Source: Balanoglossus misakiensis
Taxonomy: Eukaryota; Animalia; Hemichordata
Reading direction: 5' to 3'
Length of the DNA: 64,000 nt
NCBI GenBank assembly: GCA_040954595.2
Contig: CM082592.2
Span: forward strand, 11,813,912-11,877,911
Shown here: positions 1 through 12,684 of the stretch, piece by piece
Position numbering within the stretch: the first letter of the stretch is position 1
Layout: the number at the start of each line of letters is the position of its first letter
Notes under the pieces: model-generated
What the model was told of the DNA's origin: nothing
The model's database searches: none
The model's input: the letters and a program-made list of their open reading frames with translations, nothing else
Made by a program: the position numbers and the translations under genes

Positions 1-385
1 CAAAGTACCGCTCCACCGTGATGGCGACGAGATTGAACACGGAGGCCTTAAAGCTTATCCACAGGAAAGCATCGGAGTACACCAAACGACAGTACACTTC
101 CCCAGCGGCGCCATTTGTCACCGGTGACATCACCGGATAGGGCAAAACCAGCCAAGAGGTGATGAAGTCGGCAACAGCAAGGCTGACGATAAAGTAATTA
201 GTGTTCGAACGCATGTGTTTAATTTTAATAAAAGTCAAGCCAACGAGCGAGTTACCAATAATGCCAAGAAGTGACATCACGATCTTACAAATCTCCACCC
301 AACCCATTGCAAGTTTATGGCCGACCATACTTTCTGTGGTCAGCGTGTCCGGCTTGATGGTGGTGTTCAGATCGTGTAGCACCAT
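1..385 (-). CDS. Class A (rhodopsin-like) peptide-type GPCR, 5' part (N-terminus to TM3); continues off the left edge; paralog of the GPCR at 6903-7931
   Basis: Not in the ORF track. Reverse-strand translation from ATG 385: MVLHDLNTTIKPDTLTTESMVGHKLAMGWVEICKIVMSLLGIIGNSLVGLTFIKIKHMRSNTNYFIVSLAVADFITSWLVLPYPVMSPVTNGAAGEVYCRLVYSDAFLWISFKASVFNLVAITVERYF. Shows TM1 GN, TM2 SLAVAD, the TM3 Cys and ERY. Splice acceptor (tttcag) just 5' of position 412. Confidence 0.93.
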   Translation of the reverse strand, partial: MVLHDLNTTIKPDTLTTESMVGHKLAMGWVEICKIVMSLLGIIGNSLVGLTFIKIKHMRSNTNYFIVSLAVADFITSWLVLPYPVMSPVTNGAAGEVYCRLVYSDAFLWISFKASVFNLVAITVERYF

Positions 386-3300
386 CCCGCATACTTTCCA
401 CGGAGCTGCAATCTGAAATGACTGAAAAGGGGAAACATGTTATCAGTCTATCGCACAAGAAAATAATTTATCTGTTCTGTTGCTGTTCATTTTAAAGTTG
501 ACGCAATATCAAGTGTGTGAAATGTGTAAGCCCTTCCTTCTATGATGTGCTAAACTGTTCTGAAATACAATAGGTTTTTTCACCATCTGAGCAATTGCAC
601 CATCTGGGCAGGATGCAGTCCTTGCAACGACTGTAATTTTAAAAATCTTTTCAGCGGCTGTTTGTTTCAGGTAGCACTCACTCTGCCAATTTTTTCAACT
701 GTGTAGCTGTTAAAAAGGGGTAGACGTACTTTGCAAATGGCCGTGTTTACAGTTTGTTTGCTATGACCACGTTTGACAGATGGAGTAAATTTGCATATTA
801 CAAGCGCTGCATCTGTGGTTTGGCGTCGAGGTCACGCCTGTGCCATTTCGAGTCATGAGAACGCGCATGCAGTCGTACATGTCTGCAACAAAAACTGGAT
901 ATTTCAAGAGTTTATGTTCCTCGAATTCGGTGGTCGCCGTTTCTACACAAGGTTCTGAGTATGTCGCACTGCAGCTAATTGTTAATTCTCCGTCGCAGAT
1001 ACTTCTTGGTGGATCCATAGTTCGTACAGCCATCATCAAACGACGGAAATTTCCTGTGTGTGTCGACCACTCCACGTGTGTGTACAACTAATTGCATCGC
1101 ACCAAGTGTGTTTCTGCGTACGTGTCAAGCTCTCCTACTTAGAAGCAAGAAATTGATCTGCTCTTCCGTCATCCGCCCAAAGGTATGTTATGGCCGAATC
1201 ATTGAGTATGTGCAAGCTCTTCTATGCTTTGTAAGTGTTAAAAATATAGGTGTAATCGTTCTGGTAATAACGCACGTGGTCAAAATTGAAGAGCAAATTA
1301 ATATTGTCTTACATGGGGGGGGGGGGGGTATTTATTCCGTCCCGTGAAACACTTTTGACCTCGTTACTTCTTGTACGCTGCGAAAGTTTGTTCTCCCAAT
1401 TATAATCCAGCATATTCTGCAAGTGTAGAGGCTAGAGAATGACACGCGTGTAGTCAACGAGATCTGAAGTGTGCCTATAAGTAGTTCTCAATGACGAGAC
1501 TCGGCACCTTGAGGACGACCCCAACAGCCCCTCAGAGCAATCGAGCGATAATTACACGCCGTTTCACTGAAAGCCCCCGTCTCTGCCTGATGGATTTCTA
1601 TCGGGCAGTTCACACCGAAAGGCTCCTGAATAAACGACCTTTTCATGAGAAGCGGAAAAAGACGTCCACTCACATATATCCACTTAAATTGAATCTGAAC
1701 AATCGAAGTCGATTTCCTACCCTCTCTCGGAGAGCAACTAAAGTACTTCACGAAGACTATGCAGCTCTGGTGTGCTAGGCATTTTGTCCAAGAATTCTTA
1801 ACTATATTCCATGGAAGTTGGCAATTTCACACCCAGCGTTTCCAAAGTCCAATTAATTTCCATTTCGGATTTAGTTCTCTCATATCCGTGTCATAACTCC
1901 ATTTGGACAATGTACCCCTAAAAGGTTCAGTACTAAAATAGTTAAATGGTGTCATAGCAAAACTTGGAAGGGTGCATTTGCTAGTGACCGAATTACTCGT
2001 CGTAATCTCATAAGTCGCATGTACCAGCAAAGGGGGTCGCCAATTTGTAATATTGGAATCATACAAACGGGGAGTTATACAAAGTCGAGTTCACACAATG
2101 CAAAGCCGGAAAGAAAGGACATATTGCCATGCGTTCATCTGGTTCTCATTCAGTGTATCTTTCTAGAATTATATCAAATAATTTAAGTCGTGTTTTCAAT
2201 ATTGGCGCTCATAAATCCCCTGCTATGAAGGAAACGGCGGGTTTATTAGACTTTGACTCGTCCCTCAAAGGAGTGGCAATTTCAAGCTATTTTTCTTATG
2301 AAAGTAGCACCCACGTTTCCCCTATATCATCCTTTTCGATTATCGAAATTCTTCTTTCTGTGTCCGTGTGTACACTGTAACCACATTGCCTCAAACATTC
2401 CAACGTCATTTGCGGCTACACGATAACCATTTCATGTTATCGGTCTAAAGAGTGATTGAAGTTGGATTCGATATATTAAGGTGCGTTGGCACAATGCAAA
2501 ACAGTAATAATACAGCGTAATCAGCTTTTGCCCCATGCACGGTTTACTTCAAAGACGATGCGGTGACGTGGGTTTTATAAGGCCAAGGTGTAAACAACGA
2601 CAAGAGCGTACACGTACTCTAGAAACCCCGAGAGTTATGTAAATGTGTTCTCATGGGACTGCAGTCTTGGTTGCTTTAAAAAGCTCCGATTTCAGTTTGT
2701 GATGGGAATTTGCACGAAAGCTGGTCTAGAACTGTTTTCAAAATCGTTCATTTACCATTGATGTTGTAAGGGAAAATTGTACATTTCTGTTTGTCGTCTT
2801 CGCTGATTCAATTGGCAAGAATGCATTGAACGATTTCCTTTACTAGTAGAAATTTAATGATCAAAGATTGGTTATTTTCTCCAACATCAGCAGAGAAACC
2901 AATTGTAATACGCGGAATGCTGTTGTGTTTAGTGTGTTATTATTAAACAGTCCCAGCCAGGTTAAAAGGGCGTACCTAATTTCTTCTTGCCATTTTGAAA
3001 CTCGTGGACAGGAAAGGCTGAAGTAATTAAGTTCGAATCAACTGTAATGACAGGTGTTTTTTTCTCATGCTGGCGTGCATATGGTCACCTATGCAAATTT
3101 AGATATAGTTACCATAGCAAGTTGAGATCCTATTAATGACCGATTTTCACGGGATGGCCAAGCGAAAATATGATAATTAAGAAAGTAGCTGACAGTCTAA
3201 GTGAGTCTCCGAGAATTAATTAGATCGATCACCAACTATCATGATTGGCACAAAGACATTGATTCAGTGTTAACACGCATGTATACACAACACTTATCTT

Positions 3301-6283
3301 CAAAAATTAGTGAAAACATCGATACTTCACCCAAAGCCCATTCAGTCCTAAATCAATGTCAGGTCATGCCGTGTATTATCCTACATGCAATGTACGACAG
3401 CTATTTACGAGAATAAGGGTCGAAGAAAATGATTCATTCATCGATATTTGGAGTCTCCTTGACATTTTTGACATTGTAAAATTAGTGTAACTCATTGATT
3501 CGCAGTTTTTTCGCAAATAAGTCTTTGAAAGCCGGAAAATATCGCGGTTGGGGGTTATAGAGTTGACGAGATTTATATCGATTTCAGAGAACAGATATTT
3601 TACATCATTTATCAAATTGAGTTTTACACTCCTATCTACTGGTAATTTCATTGTTACCCACCCCCTCCTACTTCATTCTTTTTTATTCGTTTAATAAGTC
3701 TTTAATCAACTTCCAAGTATTTTCAGCAGTTGACGACACAATGTAAACTGATGGGCATCTGTGATATTACAAGTTAATAATATTAGTTCTCCGTGTAACG
3801 ATTCTGCAAAATAGTTTCACTCTAAATTCACCCTCAATAAAATAAATTTCGTACTGCATATATCCTAAATTGGTTTCGTCATGAATTTATAATAGAAGTA
3901 ATAGGCTAGAACACACAGATATGTCTGGAAAGCCCGTCTCTGAATATCAATCATAATGTTGTGAAAATTGGAAAACTCAACTTGCGTTGAAATTAGAGTA
4001 GTGCAACTGCAAAAGAAAATCAATTTCACGAACCACAAAGCGCAGAAAAAAGCGACAGGATTCCGGGAAATAATTGAATCGCCACATTTGCAACATTAAC
4101 GCGCCGCAGATTTATACGTTTTGTGTCATTACGAATAAAAATTTGCCCGAAGGCGAGTTGTAGATGAAGACGTGCTGGGTGGGTTCGGATTGATGGGTCA
4201 TGAATAAAACAGAATGATCAGTGTAGAAAGCCCATCATGATATTGGTCCCCATTCAAAGACATCAGCAGAACGTAAAGGGCAAAATTAGAATAGCTTCAA
4301 TAACTCTTCACAAGTCTTCGTTGACATTGAAGGAGAAGGAACAATAGAGTGACACTCTTGAAGGGGTTTGTAATAGGCGCGAAAATTGTCAAAAGAATAA
4401 CGCTCGTCAGATATCTTGCATTTTTGAGACTAAATTGTCGAAATGAATGAATCCGCCGAGAATTCGATATTTTACTTACCCCCTCTTCTCAACACAGAAT
4501 GTCCGATGAAACACGATTGATAGGCGAGTGTCTCTGTCTGTCACTATTGTAGACTAACGATCCGCATTGTGAACGTCAAACCAGGAGAGTATCAATATAA
4601 GGAGACCCGGGGGGTTAGATAGACATATGTCGCAAATCACCTTACACGCATGCGCCTTCTCCAGTCAAAGTTTTGCCCCACAAGAGTGCGTGTATCCATC
4701 GCACGTCTGCAAAAACTGAGGTTGTTAAGTTGCACAGGAGATTAGACCTCCCTAAAGCAAGTATGTAGTCACAGAGATGGCTGAATGAATGTTTTTTTAA
4801 ACCAAGATATTCTCATCTTTCTTCCGAACTGCAAATAGATTGAACTGACGCATTTTTCAGCTGAACCACGAAGGAAAACATTTTATTCGTACTTTCTCGG
4901 GTCACCCTGGCAGGACACCCAATCAAACACAAGTGAAGTAACGAAATGATTAAATTTCACGTCCGGCAGCATATTTACGTGTTTTTGCCAATGAAAAAAA
5001 ATGAAATATCGTTGATACTGCATCAGGCATTACCTTAAGTCTGTCAGGAAAGTGAAATTGTATCGTGTTAACGTATGTATCACACGCACACTAGATGTAC
5101 AGACGTTTTTCATGACTATTTCCCCATTAAACCAATTGGTTTATCATCGTCGTCGAGTCAGTGGGAGGGAAATTAACGTGTAAATTGTGTAGTTTCCATG
5201 ACTCACTGTATTGTATGGAGGAAGGGCTCGTAGTTTAAACATGAATAGCAGTTTCATGTCGTATTCCGCCAACTGCAATAGGGAAGTAAGTGACTTAATT
5301 AACATGCTTGATTACGTCTTGAAACCAGTCTGGCAGTAGAGGGCGTTGTTTTGGGAAAGGGGTTCGTGTGAACGTAGAGTTCTTCTCATATGAGACGAGA
5401 CAGATTTTACACTGGCGAGTATGATTAGTTTTATTATACCATCTGAGCAAAATTACATGCACACATTTACCAATAAATACATGAGAATCGCTCGATAGAA
5501 TGTTATACAAAGTACGTATCATGAAAAATATATAAGATGAGTGATGTATAACAATTATAACTAAACACTTACGGAATATCACTACAGAAAGAGTTCCTAG
5601 TATCATAAATGGATTATATCGTCTTATCTCAACTGCAAAGTTATTAATATATAACTCATGTAGGTCATAAGACAAAGGATAATACATTCATTAATAATTA
5701 AGTAAGTGATGGTGATTAAATATCTGACGGAAGTATTCTGATAGGCCTGGTCAATTAAAGAGCCAAGAATGATGAAATAGAAAACAAGATCTATAAGCTT
5801 ACAATATCTATAAACATACAATATTTAATCGAAGAAAATTACAATTTTTTTTGCGAAGTATGACATATAAACACAAAATATATTAGTTAAAGTTTCCAAA
5901 AATATATCTTACATATAAATTACAATTCTCTGTAGGTGCAGAAAGCATAAGATATGTTCATAAAATGACGTCAAAAGTCTGTGCAGAATAGTTGAGAACC
6001 GAAAAATAATCGTCATGTATTGTCAGGGCTATACTGTTCCACTCAGATAAAGATGCAGTGATATTTTGAATATACAGAATTATTGTAATGATATTGATAT
6101 ACAAAATGTGAATCATCTCCGTTAAGGAATAATACGGAAGATATGAACAGTGTAAAGTTGTAAATGAAGAAGAACGCCTATAATAGAAACTGTGGCAAGA
6201 CATTTTCCAGAGATCAACTGCGTGTACATTCAATGCACTTTTACATAAATTTCACACCAAGCGTTGATTAGCAGCATTTATTT

Positions 6284-6350
6284 TAAGGTAGTACGCTCCT
6301 CGAAAATCAAAGTCTTAAACTTTCTCTCATTTTTTGCTCAAGGCAACTTT
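6284..6350. mobile_element. Possible terminal relic of a TTAA-target non-autonomous DNA transposon
   Basis: Begins TTAAGGTAGTACGCTCCTCGAAAATC. TTAA followed by purines is the terminus style of Kolobok-type elements. No matching second end was confirmed in the window. Confidence 0.25.
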
Positions 6351-6902
6351 AGGTTATCCTCCCTTAAAATTGAGAATATTGAAAGTGGCTTTCACGGGTG
6401 TAAAACTGTAAGAGTGAAAAAATGATTATTTCTGCTTATGTTACAAGTATCTATGAAAGAGTATGTGCGGTGCAGGCTATATTTCTTAGTGTATGTGAAA
6501 ACTTATGATTTCTAGCCAATAACTGTTATAGCTATACTAATATGATGTAGGTTAATATGACAAAACACAAAAACATAGATATCGGTGGTAAAAAATTGGA
6601 TATACATTTATATAAAGCAAATTAGACTTAAATTAGTATATTCCAAGAAATGATGTAACTTATCCGATCAGTTTGGTTTCACGGTTTAATCCGACGTGAG
6701 TAATAAGTATGAATAATTTTATATTCTAGTAATGATACATGCAATGTACTAGCAGACCGTTCATTTGGTCAGATTTCCCTCGATTGTTTTGGCTGAACAT
6801 CGGTGCAATACAAGCTGTTGTTAACCGTCAGAAGTTTGAAAGGAAAACCAATATTTTGCTTCTTGAACGTCGAACGTCATCTAACTGGTCCTTTCTGCAA
6901 GA

Positions 6903-7931
6903 TTAGACAGTGTGATCAGCATTCGAAGCTCCTGTCACGTTCTGAGTGTTATCAGAGCTGCCCGGGACCACCTTCATTGACCCTTTGCAGAAGATGACTT
7001 TAAAACCGTCTCGGAACTGCTTGTTTTTGAAGGAATAGATGATAGGGTTCATGCAGGAATTGCAGAAGGCCAGGATGATGAAGAATTGGTAGTAAGCCGC
7101 GAACAGATCCAATGGAGCGCCGTAGTTCATGGCCATGAAAAGTGTCTGATTTGGAGCCCAGCAGATTGTGAAGGTGATGACAACCAAAAACAGCATCTTG
7201 ATGACCTTTTCTCGCGCTTTCAGCAAAGAAAATGCGGGGCTGTTGTTCTCGTTGCGGGATAACATGGTTTTCGTGTGCTGCTTCAGGAAGAGTAGGATCC
7301 GGATGTACATTATGATGAGCACTATGACAGGGATGGCGAAGGAGGCAAGAAACAGGAGGGCGCCAACGGCTAGTCGGTACTGGTCGCTAGGAAACCGGAT
7401 GACGCAGTTGTTGGTGGTGTAGTCGTATGGGTAGATGTAGAAAGGCAAGCTTTCCAGGATGAGCGCGCACAGCCAGACCACCATCACCAGAAACAAGCAT
7501 CGACGCCTTGTGAAAAATATCTTGTGCTTCACCGAATGCACTATGGCAAAATAGCGCTCCACCGTGACGGCCACGAGGTTGAACACCGATGCTTTGAAGG
7601 AAATCCAGAGGAAAGCTTGAGAGTAGACAAGACGACAGTAGAGCTCGCCTCGGACACCAGGTGTGACGTAACTTGGCTGCGGCACTGGCAGGATCATCAC
7701 GGAGGAGATGAAGTCCGCAACGGCCAGACTGACAATAAAATAATTAGTTGTTGTTCGTAGTCTCTTTATTCCAATGAACACGAGGCATACAAGGAAGTTA
7801 CCAGTGATTCCAACTGAAGACATTATCACTTTGCAAATGTCAACCCATCCCAGGCTCGAACCGCCCTGACTTCCACCACCCACTGTGGTTGTCGTTGGCG
7901 CAGGCGTCGTCCAATTCTCAGTTGAATTCAT
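6903..7931 (-). CDS. Class A GPCR, single coding exon, 342 aa, orphan peptide-receptor-like (galanin/allatostatin-A-receptor-like in general appearance)
   Basis: ORF 6903-8033 has seven hydrophobic segments with GN, LAVAD, ERY, FxIP, CWAP and NPIIY motifs. The likely true start is MNSTENW at 7931 (N-glycosylation sequons, Thr-rich N-terminus), because a splice acceptor (atttcag) lies just 5' of 7975 and the ORF extension to 8033 is intronic. Confidence 0.93.
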   Translation of the reverse strand: MNSTENWTTPAPTTTTVGGGSQGGSSLGWVDICKVIMSSVGITGNFLVCLVFIGIKRLRTTTNYFIVSLAVADFISSVMILPVPQPSYVTPGVRGELYCRLVYSQAFLWISFKASVFNLVAVTVERYFAIVHSVKHKIFFTRRRCLFLVMVVWLCALILESLPFYIYPYDYTTNNCVIRFPSDQYRLAVGALLFLASFAIPVIVLIIMYIRILLFLKQHTKTMLSRNENNSPAFSLLKAREKVIKMLFLVVITFTICWAPNQTLFMAMNYGAPLDLFAAYYQFFIILAFCNSCMNPIIYSFKNKQFRDGFKVIFCKGSMKVVPGSSDNTQNVTGASNADHTV

Positions 7932-10900
7932 TGTTGCTGACCCTTCTAGCGCCAAGTCAGTGAAATTCCAGACACCTGAAATAAGATACGATAAAATCTG
8001 TTCAGAATACAAGGTTAACATCCAAAAGCACATACAACACTTTCTAGTGTCCCTGTTCAGGAGTATTTCAATTTTGTTCCAGAATCAGTGCTAGGTGACG
8101 GAAATTTACCAACTGTCAAGAAATAATTTTCCTTCTGCAAAACGTGCGGAGATGCAAAGATACAGTACGATGGCAACAAGAGGTACACATCAGAAAGTCG
8201 TGTCTAGTTTAACTTTTCATTTTCAGGCGTCTCTCCAATTAAGATGAACCACTGCTTGACTTTATTGCGTTGACCTTCAGGTCAAAAGGACGCATTACTG
8301 CTTGTCTTTCTTGGGAAGACTTTCATTGTGCTGCACGATTACTTTTGGTACAGACGAGTCGAAATATCATTTGTGAAATGTGAATAATACTAAGCTTCTA
8401 GAAATAGTCATTTGCCATAGGAAATGACGTCAATGAGCGGCAGTAAGAAAGACGAACGGCGCCTAATCGTCTGGTCGTTATATCATCTCTTTTGGTGTGA
8501 CTATATAGCCAACATCTCACAAAATTGAAGTTAACGATATAAAGGGTTTCCATAATATTTAAATACCCGTGAAAGCCTTCCACAGTTTGTGGAAACCCAG
8601 ATCCGATGCCGCCAAGCATATTCGTATAATCTCGGAAAAGTACAGCTGCCATAGAGTCTCGATCGATTCTTTAGAAAAAGTCAGCATTTTTGTTTAAAAG
8701 AATGCAATTTGTTCAACTTGTTGTAAGTTGGAGAGCTGACTGTTTTCCGATTGGCGCAGACTGTTTTCTGATTGGTGCATGCAATCTTGCATCTTGCAGT
8801 GGCGTTCTGTGACAATGTAGAACCTTTATCACAAATCATTCCCTGAAAGATTTGATGATAAAAACACGCCGAATGTCTTTGTTGCACAGAAAATTAATTC
8901 TTGCCGAAAGAAAACGCTACTTACATGAAACGTGGGAGTAGCTGTACCTGAATCTCTCTGACGCTCACGTATACACGTCCGAGGTTCTAGTTTTCCATTT
9001 TTGAATATCATCAAGTTTGCATTTATAGTTTACGTAAAATGAAACTTTTTGAAATTGCGTTTGATAGGGGTATATCATAGATTCTGTCCTTTTCCTAAAG
9101 CCTAATACTGCATTATAAGTATGGACTATTTTCTTATCGAGTAAGATGTAGTTAATTGTTTCCTGAAACTGCAGAAATGTGACAGTTCGTATGTGCAGGA
9201 AACAATGTGAAGCCGATCAGTTTATCAGTTCACTTATGGAGGTACCCTGGCCAGAAATCATCCCATACTTGAGCACCTTTTAAATATTTCGTCTGTGATA
9301 TATTAGAAAGAAAACCTTGTCCAAAATTATATAGTTACGAACAAGTTATATTGCAGACTAGTTATACATGATCCTCATGTATATAATACATATTCGTGTA
9401 AGTAAAGAACGCGACGCCAGTCAATTTGGCTCTAAACACCGTAGCATTTTTACGAGTTATTTTCACCCCAAAGTCATCACAGCAGAATCGTGACTGCTAC
9501 AAGGAATCTTCAGCAAAGTGATTTTCTTTCTATGCTCAATACAACACAAGTCCTTACCTACAGTTCCAATTCAACATTCCAGTAATTAGCGATCAGCGTT
9601 TCAGTCTGGCCTGCTGACTTTTTAAAGATGTGTTTACAGAAATAGAAAAAAGACTAAAAAATGCTTCTCCCCCGCAAATGCTTTCTGGAGGCCTTTGCAG
9701 ATAATTGATGTACCCTTTTACGATAAATTTCATACTTCGAGTAGTCATCTTCCACTAAAAGGCAACGCCATAAGTACTAGTGCATAATAAAAAATCATTC
9801 ACCGAAAATGATGCAATCTGCATAAAGATGTTCTCGGGGACCACAATGATTGTAGAGACGTGATGACTAGATCACTTGATGCTGCAGAGATATTCAGTAA
9901 TCAGGGGAACATTCTACAGAAGGCATTGACACGACTCTACTAAGATGCAGTAAAGCAAACGATGATAACCATTGGCCATTTCAGGTCTGAGAACAGATAA
10001 AGCAATATCAGCGGGTGTATCATCTATAGTAGGCAGCAGCATGCGGGAATTGTGATTTATTCAGACAACACGCTTTTGAATTGGAATTGCAAATTTTTAA
10101 TCACTGAGATTCTACAGGCAAATCCCAGCCAAGTACATGTACAAGTTCTTTCGATTGGACTGTACTTTCTTCGAGCTCTTAGAAGTCACTGCGCGTCCGG
10201 TACCTCGTACTAATCTCAACAAACACCACGAACACATTCTACGACTAACCACAACCGATACTTGTTTATTGAGCGAAAGACGAAACGAGTTCACACCAAA
10301 TTTACAATTCTTTTCAATGAGGTGTCATTACACTGGATACCTCTTCTTAGCGACAATATTCCAACGTGACTCTCTAGTTATTTCAAACTCTTCAATTCCA
10401 ATTCGTCTGCGGGGCATTCCAGCGAACAGACACATTACTTTGTTGTGAAACATGGCTCGCGTATTACAAGGCTCTTTGTCGCAATGGGGGTCCATCGTAG
10501 GATTTGATTGACATATGGAAAGAGCTGTGACAAACCGGTCCAATTGCAAGAAGTGAGGGGGATTTCAACAGTGATTTGCCAGGGACTGTGGATTTGCTAA
10601 TGAACAGAGAAAATTGTTCATTCCGCACAATTTGCGGCTGCTTGCTTCTGCCTCGGTGGTTAAAATATTCAGAAATCTTGCTTCTCTGGTGCAGTTATTT
10701 CCACACGGTACAGAACATCTTTGCAAGTGCAGCTGGTTCGCACACTCGTTCAATTTTTAGTTTCCATGGCAACAGGCCTCGCGTGTTCAATACACGTATT
10801 CAAATATCTACAAATCTACATACAAGAAGGATGAAATTTAACACGTTTAGGCCTAGGGAGACATTGATAATACAATTAGTGGACCCTACAAATGACATTT

Positions 10901-12620
10901 TACGCACCTTTACGTGATATCGAGATATTGTTGTAAGCTTTAATAGGTAGGTCTCAGACATTCTAATAACGTAAGGTGTTGGACACTGCACTTAACACTA
11001 TTTCCTGTCCAACTGTTGTCATAGTAACAAAAGACTTTCATTGGCAAGGACGTGGCCGAGAACGGATAAAGCAGGTGTGACTAGGCGTTCAATATATCGT
11101 TACTGATTCCTTATTTCGTGACAGCAGATTTCAAAATGACAACTTGATGATTGAAGTTCTTCAAAAAAGGGCGTAAGAACATCCTAAACCGAAAAGCATA
11201 TTGCATGTGACAAAATCAAGATGGTGTAACCTCGAAACAAAAACGATTGGTGGAGAAACCAAATATTCTACTCAGTACTTGCTGTAGAAATATTGTTTGA
11301 CACAGGTGTATACATTTCCTTCTTTATTAATATCTAATCTCGATGATAAGGGCAACAGTTAAGAGAAAGACATTTAGCCTTTCCTTCAAGCAGGTGTTCC
11401 AAGTTTCATAAGATGATTGGAAAATATCCCAAGGGACCAGGGTGATTATTAAACGCGGCTCACGTTTTCATTGTGACACAACACAATCCGTATATTATTA
11501 ATATTTTCCATCAGTATGCGTCTAAAGGTTCAACGCCGAAAAGGGGCTATCGAGACACGTAATGATAGCTGCATACCACCGGCTGACATTATCACCTAAA
11601 CCGTTCCCGGAAGCCTTAGATATCAAAATTGAAAACAGAATCTTATCCCATTGAGTCAAACTGAACATTTGTATTAAAACTGTAGCCATTTCATAAATTT
11701 AGAAATGCTTTCTTGATAAAAAAAATAGTTATTGTGTAAATTTGGTAAATTTATTTATAATTGTAAGTGTCAGAAACTTGTAAGAAACGTGTCAGAAACG
11801 GTACATCTATCTCACAAATGTACCAATCCTATATTCGTTAAATATTTATATAGAGATACCCAGAACCTACTGGGCAATACTTAGGTGTGAATCTGAACAA
11901 CAAAACACATTAAACTAGGAGTGGGTTTGTGCTGGGGCATGGGTTTTTAATGGATTAACCAGCGTGGAATAATTCACGTACGTATCTGATTGAAGCTTTT
12001 CTTAATCCCACAGATACTAGCATCACTGACGCAGTGCAAGTTATCATGTTTCAACAAATTGACGAGTTTAAAAGACACTGCTTCCCGACAAAGGTTACTG
12101 CTTGGAGGCAAACCTGCCGGTTCCGCTCAGAAAGAGTCTCCATGACAATAGTGGCACAGAATTACCACAAAATGGACAATCTTGTCATTTCTCCCGTAAG
12201 GTAAGCTCGAACTTTGTGATGTCAAACCTTAACCGCATGGAATCGCTGTGGATTAAGAACTTGACGGGGGTAAATTTCAATCAGTGTTCCGACGAAGTGA
12301 AAGAACTTCGTCAACATCTCTTATTTACAATTTCTTTCCATTGTTATGTGTGTAAATATCCCCTTGCGCAATCTGTATGAACATGAGCCGAGCAATCTCC
12401 CTTTTCATTCAATACCTTCGTATTGAACATTGATAGACCAGGAAATATGTCATGGGTATATAAATAGGTTAAATTCGAATACGAAACTGTGTTTAATTGA
12501 GTATAGGTCAATGTACTTCATAGTTGGGTCCTGAATTCCAGTTGTACCAACTAAAAGTAGTGTAAACCACTTTGAATTAGGTGTCTTATAAGCGAAGTTA
12601 CAGTTTCAAACCAATGAGCG

Positions 12621-12684
12621 AGTACTTAATTGGCCATGGTGCATGCTGGGAAGTACTTAATTGGCCATGGTGCATATTGGGAAG
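12621..12684. repeat. 31-bp tandem duplication, each copy carrying an ATTGG (CCAAT) box and a ZNF143/Staf-like site
   Basis: agtacttaattggccatggtgcatgctggga followed by agtacttaattggccatggtgcatattggga (2 mismatches). Confidence 0.85.

Noticed and set aside
7932-8033. N-terminal extension of the 376-aa GPCR ORF in the track
   Set aside because: It crosses a good splice acceptor at 7976-7977; MNSTENW at 7931 is the more plausible start and matches the paralog's layout.
7168-8094. Plus-strand ORFs overlapping the GPCR
   Set aside because: Antisense shadows of a GC-richer coding exon with no recognisable protein features.
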